Assembly (NCBI GenBank): GCA_964016885.1
Contig: OZ024744.1
Coordinates: forward strand, 66,898,001-66,962,000
Reading direction: 5' to 3'
Length of the DNA stretch: 64,000 nt
Source: Eledone cirrhosa
Lineage: Eukaryota
Below, in pieces: positions 53,791 to 64,000 of the stretch (its first letter is position 1; every line of letters begins with the position of its first letter). A program made the translations under genes and the position numbers. The notes under the pieces were generated by a model. The model did not search any database, was not told the origin of the DNA, and was given only the letters and a program-made list of their open reading frames with translations.

Positions 53791-55787
53791 TGTGCTGTGG
53801 TGTACTTCTATAAATATACACTTCAAAAAGGGTGGATTGGCGAAATCGGTAGAGCGTCTGACAACATGTTTTGCAACATATAGTTACGGTTCTCTGCGTC
53901 CTGAGTTAAAATCCCACCGAGTTTGGCTTTGCCTTTCATGCTTACGGAGTCGATAAAATAAAGTACCAATAATGTACTGGGGTCAATTTAATCGACCTTT
54001 CCTTCCCTCAAAATTGTTGGCCTTGTACCTAAATCAGAAATCATTATACTCTTCAAAATAAGACATGTTTAATGAAAATCTGCTAATAATCCACATGGTT
54101 GCGAAGCGTAGAAATTGACCACACAGCCTTGCCTGTCTTAATTAGCATAAATTTGCTTGTGACTATAAACCAACATCTTTATGAAGATATTAGGCAAGTT
54201 TGAAAATTTGAAATCTAGTGGCCAAATGGTTAAGAATTTCATAATCATTAGGTGTCGGGTTCGATCTCACTGCATGGAATCTTGTGAAAGTGACATTTAC
54301 CGTAGACATCAGTGAAACTGGATGGGTGGAAAATCTGATTGGAAGCCCATCAGGTCGACTACACCTGTAATTCAAATGGGCCAAGTAAATCTGAGTAAGA
54401 CTTGGCTGTAGTATTGGTGGCAGCGATGACATTGTTGTCGTCTCACCGCTATCATGACTACTAACGGTTTTTTTCAAAACTCAAGAAAACGTTTAAATAT
54501 AACTTTGGAAGCAGAGGCAATGGAAAGGAATTCCAGTTAGATCTCGTCAACAAAATCTCCATATGGTTTAAATATACACAAGTCTCCGATATTCAAGAGG
54601 CTAAAAAGTGTCAGTAGAAGGGCACCCTGGAGTCATGACCTGGATATGCCCGGTCTCCTTAGAGTGTAAAAAATTAAGAAGAGAAACGCTTGCATGGAGG
54701 GAGTGGGGAGCTCTTCACAGAAGAGCTTCTGCTGTCTTACCACTAACTACCACTGAAGGTGGGATTTGAACTCAGAACGTAAAGGTACCTACCTAAATGC
54801 CATAAAACATTTTGCCTGACATACTAACGACTTCGCCAATCTGACGCCGTAAAGTAAAAGTGATTTCTGATTTAGGCACAAGGCAAACAATTTTCGGGAG
54901 GGGAAAGTCGATAACCCGACTCCAATGTGTTACTGGTACTTTGTTTACTTTAAAGACACACATGTCTCTGGAACGTTCAGTCCATTACACGTTACTTTCA
55001 TGAGCAGGCAATTCCATTGATCGATCAACTGGAGCATTCATCGTCAAAAACCGACGGAGGTCCTTGTCATTCATTTCATTCCACAGCATTGTGTCCATGA
55101 CCAAGATACAATTCTCGATGGCCCAAATTGGTGAATAGTGCGAAATTTTCTATAGTTCTGTCAATAGACATTGTAATAGAACTTTAGAAAAATAACTGGT
55201 CATTCTATAAACTTTAGGCAGTTTGGTGAATAAAATTAACTTCTATCGGACACAGTAGCGCCGTTGCATTTTAAATGTTTTGATGGTATAATTTACAAAA
55301 CTTCGACCGCCAAATGAAAAGTGAAAATAATAACTATTAAATTCCGGAGAGACATAACTGTCAACATCCTCAGAAATATTAATTATTTTCAATATTATTT
55401 CACTAAAATAAAAATAAAAATAAAAATAAAAATAAAAATAAAAATAAAAATAAAAATAAAAATAAAAATAAAATAAAATGAAATAATAATAATAGCATCT
55501 ATGTTACATAAAAATAATTCTTTTCTTTTCATTTTTTTTTTCATTTGAAACAATGTAATATTTCTAAAAGCGTTCACTGCTTTCGTAATAATAATTTAAC
55601 AAATGTAAGTCTGACAGAGAATAATAAAAAATGTTGAAAGTGGAAATTGCTATATTGGAAAACAAAACAAAACAAAATAGAACACACATACAAAAAAGAA
55701 AAAAAAACTCTTTTGAATTTTATCGATTCATTTAATAGTAGCACATGGCCGCAAATTTGTAGGGTACAAATATAATTAAGTGACTTA

Positions 55788-55974
55788 CAGACCTGTCATC
55801 TCTCCCCGTCCAACTGGGAGATCTTCCACCCACTTTGGGGTGGATGAAAGATGTCTTCTCTTGTGAAAATGGTTATAGCTTTCATTGTGTAAAATCTCCC
55901 AATTTTGCCTAATTTCTCCCCATTTTAGGGGCACTTTTTTCCACGGTTTGGGTTATTAGAGGTTGGCATGTCTG
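55788..55974. mobile_element. MITE with 6-bp TSD
   Basis: TIR CAGACCTGTCATCTCT vs AGAGGTTGGCATGTCTG; flanked by GACTTA on both sides. Confidence 0.6.
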
Positions 55975-57214
55975 GACTTAACGCCTGTATAGGATTAGTT
56001 GGTAGCTATTTTATTGTGGACACAGCATGTCCGGTTAAGAAGTTAAGAAGTTTGCATCGCTATTATTAGGACCCAGCATTGATCCCACTGCATGACATTT
56101 GGGGCAAGTGTCATTTATCAAAATCAAAGGTTGACCCATGTCTTGTGAGAGAAATTGAATGTAGGGAAACTGTTTGGAAGCTCGTCGGATCGACTGTAGC
56201 AGTAATTTAAAGAACCAACCCCTGTCATGTCCACTCACGCTGACTATCACTGATAATTAAATTAAGGCTACACATGTCTGCGAAATACTTAAGCCACTTA
56301 CACATTAATTTCATGAGCAGGCTATTTTATTGATCGAACAACTGGGACACTCATCGTTGTATCCGACAGAGGTCCACTTTAACTATTTTTATCGATCCCA
56401 AGGAGACGGAAGACGTATTGGTTTTTAAGTCAGAACATAAAAGAATGAAACTAAATTCCTATGAATTTCAAATCACTTTTACTTATTGCATTAACATTGA
56501 AGGAAATAAAAGAAATATCTTTCCTGAAGAATTAATAATCAGAATAATCGATAATTACACTAGTAATTACTGTCAATTATATGGCTGTTAAGGCCGCGAA
56601 TTGGCAGAGTATTTAGAACGTCAGATAGAGTGCTTTGTGGTATTTATCCCGGCTCTCTTTGCTCTGAGTTCAAATCCCTCCGAAGTCAAATTTGCCTTTC
56701 ATCTATTTGAGGTCGATAAAAAGTATCTGTCAAGTCTTGTTTTGAGGTCGATTCTTCCTCTATATCTCTTTCTCACTTCCTTTCTCTCACTTTCTATCCT
56801 TCTCTGGAAGAAATCTATTTTACCCAGAAATCTGCTTTACGCCAGGCTTAAAATGCCTAAGAAATGCTGTATGTCAATACTATTCCCCTACGACTCCTCC
56901 AGGAGTTACGGGACCACACCATACCTTACATGGTTGCTAGATCATTTAAAGAAAGTAGCACACAGTTTTCAAAAGAAGTAGTGAACTGCGTAAGAAAATA
57001 AACAAAATTGATATTATTTCTTCTTCTTTAATTCCTTTTGCTCCCTACAGAGCATTTGGTGACAAGAAATCTTACTTTGGTACGGTTGCAAATCCTGTAA
57101 CGGGCTTGTTTCCAGGCACGAACAAAACTGCCACAAATAAAAAATTTAAAATCGATATATAAATTGTCTGTGACTCTAACTATCCTGTCATTTCTTCGAA
57201 ACTAAGGTAAATAA

Positions 57215-57832
57215 TAATTGGTTTTACTTTTGGTACAAGGGCAGCAATTTTCAGGGAAGGAATAGGTCAATTAAATCAACTCTAGTAGTTTACTTGTACT
57301 TAATGTTATCGACTCTGGGAGAGTGTAAAGACAAAGTTGACCTCGATGGGATTTGAACTCTGAACGTAAAGGTCCGTAACTAAATACCATAAAACATTTT
57401 GTCTGACAGGAAATTGACGGGAAGAAGAAAGTCGATTAAATTGAACCAGTGCATTACTGGTACTTTATTTTATCGACCCCGTAAGGATGAAAGACAAAGT
57501 TAACCTCGGCGGGATTTGAATTCAGAACGTAAAGAGCCGTAAATCTATGCTGCAAAGCATAGTATCCGACGCTCTACCGATACTGCCAATCCACCACCCT
57601 CATTAAAATAAGAAATAATGATTTCTGATTTAGGCACAAGGCCAGCAATTTTGGGGAGAGGAAAGTTAATTAAATCGACCCCAGTGCATGACTGGTACTT
57701 TATTTTATCTACTCCGTAAGGATGAAAGGCAAAGTTAACCTCGACGGGATTTGAACTCAGATCATAAAGGGCTGTAACTCTGTTGCGAAGCATATTGTCC
57801 GACACACTAACGATTTCGCCATTCCACCACCC
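57215..57832 (-). mobile_element. Array of three Meta-type SINEs
   Basis: Standard reverse-complement core repeated. Confidence 0.85.
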
Positions 57833-58594
57833 TACTAAAATAAGTAATAATAATATGAAAGTAATAATAATATGAACAAAAAAAAAAACCCGATCTTTAA
57901 AAATACTTTGAAACCGATAGAAATGAGATTAATAACAAAGAAATATATATAAAAAAAAAGTAAAAATAAAAAATAAAAACTTCCGCAAGGTAATATTGCG
58001 TCTAGATATGTTATCAACTACATTTTAAAACATTGTTACCTTGATTCAAAATAAAAATGGGGGTAGGGGCGGTATATTGATTCTAACTAACCATAAATTA
58101 CCCTGAACATATTGTGTTATTTATCATGTTTTTATTTTATTATTTCTTCTTTTTCTTCTTTTTTTTTCATTATAAAAGCTAGTCTATATTATGAAATGGG
58201 GAAAAAAACAAAAAACAAAAACAAAACAAAATCAAACAAACAACAAACAAAAAGAAAAGAAACATTCTATATTTAAAATATGAGTATCGCTGTTCAAATT
58301 GCTAGTCAATATCTTCTACTTATTTTGATCAACTATATTTAGTAAATATATTGATCCTATAACATTCTAGCAGGAGATGGTGAAGAATTGTCTTGGCAGT
58401 TATATTATAGCAGCTAGCTTTTAGTTGAACGTCGTCGTCGCCCACCATCAACAACAACAACAGCAACAGCAACAACAACAGAAACACACATAGAGAGAAA
58501 ATAATTCTCACACGAAAAATGTCCATAATACAATGATAGGTAATTGTAACTATCTATATAATGTCTTCGTCTTTAAAATATTCTTTCTTTTAAA

Positions 58595-58935
58595 TAATTG
58601 TTTCTACTTTTGGCACAAGGCCAGCAATTATCCCAGTGCATTACTGGTACTTTATTTTACCGACCCCCGTAAGGATGAAAGGCAAAGTTAACCTCGGCGG
58701 GATTCGAACTCAGATCATTAAGGGAGCTTACTCTATGTTTCAACGCATGGCGTCCGTCCGACCCACTACCAATACTGCCAACACCGCCCTTTCCTTTCTT
58801 TTAAATAATTGTTTCTACTTTTGGCACAAGGCCAGCAATTTCGCCAGTTAATTACTGGTACTTTATTTTATCGACCCCGTAAGGATGGAAAGTAAAGTTC
58901 ACCGCGGTGGGATTTGAACATAGAGCATAAAGGGG
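58595..58935 (-). mobile_element. Two Meta-type SINEs
   Basis: Standard core; duplicated flank CTTTCTTTTAAATAAT. Confidence 0.8.
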
Positions 58936-58944
58936 CAAATAATG

Positions 58945-59248
58945 CATCATCATCATCATCATCATCATCACCATCACCATCACCATCACCATCATCATCA
59001 TCATCAACGCCCTCCTCTCCCCTCCTCCTCCTCCTCCTCCTCCTCCTCCTCCTCATCATCATCATCATCAACATCATCAACATCAACATGATCATCATCG
59101 TCACGTCATCATCATCAGCGACATCTCATCATCGTCGTCATCATCATCATCATCCTCGTCGACGTCGCCCTTAACATCATCATCATCGTCAGCATCATCA
59201 TCATCATCATCATCATCATCCCCATCAGCAACGCCATCATCATCACCG

Positions 59249-59296
<48 letters not shown>

Positions 59297-59430
59297 GCAT
59301 CATCATTGCTGTCGTCGTCATAATTTTCATCATCATCATCATCAACATCAATAGTCGTCATCATCGTCATTATCTTCATCACCATCATCGTCGCTGCCGT
59401 CGGCATGGTCACCATCATCATCGACATCAC
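58945..59430. repeat. (CAT)n/(CCT)n low-complexity array
   Basis: Direct reading. Confidence 0.95.
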
Positions 59431-59688
59431 AGTTTAGACTTTGTGGAAGTATAGGTTGGCTAGATTTGTCATTAATCCCAGTGTGTTGACATATCTAAAC
59501 TTGTGACGCATTTCCTTAAATTTATTTCCAGCTGTCTCTGCTAGAGATAGTCAAAAGTACATGATCTATTCAAACCACATGTCCTTACCAGCTCCGTCAG
59601 CTGATGTCATTAAACATCGAGCCTATCTTTTAGTTCTTTCGAGTTCCATCTTAGATATAACTTAACAGTAAAGTTATATCTATATCTA

Positions 59689-59723
<35 letters not shown>

Positions 59724-59727
59724 ATAT

Positions 59728-60785
<1,058 letters not shown>

Positions 60786-60794
60786 CGCCAAAAT

Positions 60795-61969
60795 AGAGCG
60801 CGCACTCTTCCAATTCCTTTGGAAGAAGCGGGCTCCTATGGTGAGGAGATCCATCTGCTGTCAACACCCTTCGAAAGGAGGGCTGGGGATGCCACATTAA
60901 GGCTACGGCACCTCCAGGTATTCCTCACCGGTCAACCGGTGTGGGCCCCGTTTGTGAGGCGAGCCTTTCCCAGACTCGTCTCACTCACCGAGCTGCAATC
61001 CTGGGTCAAGCAAAGACCGAGAAAACTGGGCGCCTGCCACACCGAGTGTGCCCAGGCGCTCACGGCTCTCTGGCAGGTGGACCCGGCTGTCAGTGGAGAA
61101 TCCACCTCGTCATTCTATAGAGGGCTGGTGGTTAGCAGGTGCGACGACGCCCTCGGAGAAGCCCTAGGCATGGAGGAAAACGAACTGGCCAACCTGTTCG
61201 GTAGGATATTCAGCCCGGGACCCATGGATAACTTCCGAGGAGCTCTGCCCGTTCGAGAAAGACTCTACAGACACGGGCGCCCGGGTAGGGACCCGTCGAA
61301 AAAGATCTGTCCCAGATGCGTGTGCGACGAGGAAACCGTTGCACACGCATTGGTACACTGCTCGGGCATTGCCGATCTGTGGGGCTATGTCGAACAACTG
61401 CTGTCAAGGGTGGGACCGATTCGGTTGACCACCGAGTCGCCTCCCCTCTTCAAAAACGAAGGAGAGGCGGTGTTTCTGTGCGTAATAGCCATGGCGAAAG
61501 AGGTTTATGGTGGACGCGTCTGAAAGGACTGAGGTCAGACACCTTTCTCTCTGGCCAACAACTGGTCAGTTTCTTCCGATATCATTTCGGAAGAAGGATC
61601 AGGATGGAGAGAGAGGTGCTGCACCCCAGCCGTTTTTATGAAAGATGGATGAAAGTGGCGAGAATGGCCCGTGTGAATGGGCCTTCACTCTACATCAGAC
61701 TATAGGTGAGGAAGATGAAAGATCAAGGGAGGACCCCCTCTCTGTGCTCCTGAGGAGAAGGGTTGTACAATTTTTTCGGGGGCGTGTGCGACCCCCCAAG
61801 GCGCCTCCTCTCTATTGAGGATTTTGTTATAAAATTTATTTTGTGAAATTTTATTTTATTTTTATATTTTGTTATTGCCTCCTCCTTATTGAGGACGCCT
61901 TGTTATGTAAACTCCCCCCATTGTACTTGTCCCACTTTTTGATGCCCTGGTGGCATATAAAAAGAAAAT
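60795..61969 (+). pseudogene. 5'-truncated Tx1 LINE between (TATC)n tracts
   Basis: Diverged paralogue of the preceding copy with the same C-terminal motifs. Confidence 0.88.
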
Positions 61970-61990
61970 TATCTATCTATCTATCTATCT

Positions 61991-64000
61991 TGGGATGGAC
62001 ACGTGTTAAACTTGCTTGGTAAGTTGTGTTTAAATTTCTTTAGAAATTCGTCATTGTGAACTTTTATTTTTATACCAATTTGTAGAGGGACTGACAGGTC
62101 AAATTTTGAAAAACTTTTGCAAAACACTTCAATTTTTTAAAAATGGCTGAAACAAAGGCACTTACTTCTTTGTCAAAACAAGAAGTTGGGAAGGGAAAGC
62201 CATGCATACTTGACCAGCAGGTAGTAGCAGACATGGACAAAGGTATGCCAACATTATCGCCTCAACATTTAGAAGAGGAACAAGCTTCAGCTGATTGTAA
62301 GCAACTGAACACGCCTGACGTCACAAACGTCACATGTATCCACACACAGAAGGAAGTATGTGTAGCAAATACTAATACCACCACAACCAACAACAACAAC
62401 AACAACACAATAAATGAGAACAACAACAATACAACAAAAGGAATCAGTGGCAACACAACGAATGAGACCATCATCACCACCACCAACAACAATAACACAA
62501 TTTCATTTGCAGCAACAGTTGCTAAGCAACAGGATTTTAAATACTACTCCATGGACATTTCCCAAAAGTCCTAATATTTGGAAGAAACTTCCAACTATGT
62601 GACGTTTGAGGGAGACACCCCACACATACACATACCCCCACAAGTAAGAGAAATGACACAGAAAAAGAAGCTAATTTATAGAACAGTTGACATCACTACC
62701 AAAAAACCCATAACGCTCCCAACAAACTCTATTGAAGCTGCACTAAAAGATATCAAGCCAGACGTGGCATACCTCCAAAGAGGTAAACAGTATGGAAGTG
62801 TGTCAGTGCTCTTTAAGAGCGAAACTCTGGCACAAAAACACTCGGTTCACCCAATAAAAACGGATCAATACATCTTCTTCCCCACATACACGGGAAGAAG
62901 ATCCTACAAAATAAAAATAACCAGGATCCCACCAGAGGTCAACATATGGTGGATCCTACGCTGCATCCTGAAGAAGAATGAGGACACTCTCCTATCTGTA
63001 GACAGGACAGACTGGCATAACTGGTTTGGAACCTGCATCAAGGTTCTGGTACAAATGAGGCCAGAGAGAGTTGAGAAAATACCGGACAGGATCGTCCTTG
63101 AGGACGATGTCATCTCCATTTTAGTGGAGGGGAAAAGACCTCAGTGCCATAAGTGTGGGAAAACCACACACTTAAAGGCCTTTTGCCCTCTGTTAAACAA
63201 ACCGAGGACAAACAAGGTGTTATTACCAACACCAAAACCCCAGCATCAACACTCCAAACCAAACAACACAAACACCTGCAACATCCACTCCCACACCACC
63301 ACAGGCCAGAGACAACCACACACAATCCCACTGAAAATCCCTCCATTGCCTCTTCCCCCCTGTCAAATACTTCCACAAACACCTGCACAAACACTCCACC
63401 ACACAACATACCCCTCCCATCTACGCCTGATTAAGAAGTCTCAGATACGGGAAAAAACAAAAAAGACACAAAAAAGACACAAAAACATCTACAGAAAACC
63501 CGCACACACCCAACCCCACCATAAACACACCGCCACAAACGACAAACACACTAACAACACAATCACCACCAACACAACCAAACACTTCACCAACAAAACA
63601 AACACCCACACCACCACAATCAAAAACCCCAACCACAAAAAGAAAACTACAAACAGAAACAGTACACATAAAAAACAAACACACTACACATACATAAAAA
63701 CAAGGAACAAAGAACTGGTGGAAAGTGTCCGAAAGGACCCCACAATACAAACGGAAGGGAAAACCTTCCCCACCAATGACTCACCCCAAACCTCAAACTT
63801 ATCAGGGTATCAACCCTACAGTATGAAACTTTAAAAGAGAACTTCCCACATGATGTAGGCCCCCCTTGCCAAAAGCCCCTTAACTGTGTCCTGCTAAAAG
63901 GATTCCCTCCCTCACCAAACACCACCAATCTGGACATGGAGATCGAACAACCCGACCTCCAGGAAACGAAAAGGTAAGTGTTCCTGCCTTTTCTCTCCTT
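61991..64000 (+). mobile_element. 5' end and ORF1 of a Tx1 LINE running off the window
   Basis: ORFs 62143-62574 and 62578-63834: ISFAATV, LQRGKQYGSV, zinc knuckle CHKCGKTTHLKAFC. Starts directly after (TATC)n. Confidence 0.82.

Noticed and set aside
63970-63980. Splice-donor-like AAG|GTAAGT
   Set aside because: It corresponds to the Tx1 ORF1-ORF2 spacer, similar to about 45498.

Overview
Eukaryotic, AT-rich, almost entirely repeat-derived DNA. The repeat repertoire (tRNA-derived Meta/CORE-type SINEs, RTE, Tx1, R4/Dong and CRE-like LINE remnants, Helitrons, very long microsatellites) suggests a coleoid cephalopod such as Octopus; this is inference. No intact host gene is visible, and most ORF-track entries are microsatellite artefacts or broken retrotransposon ORFs. 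The main signal the ORF track misses is a diverse set of type I hammerhead ribozyme (HHR) motifs: about ten with recognisable three-stem folds, plus degenerate or half copies. They sit in short, mostly non-coding elements embedded in (TA)n tracts. These elements show the partial-tandem and head-to-head inverted architecture of Penelope-like elements (PLEs) and retrozymes. They include minimal HHRs with a palindromic stem III, HHRs with a roughly 60-nt stem II, core variants at U4, a SINE carried inside one element, and inversion breakpoints that repeatedly fall in HHR stem II. Other notable items: a Tx1 array separated by (TATC)n, RTE-related non-autonomous elements with a covarying 5' RNA structure, and serial same-site SINE insertions. 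All folds were read by eye and none is experimentally tested.
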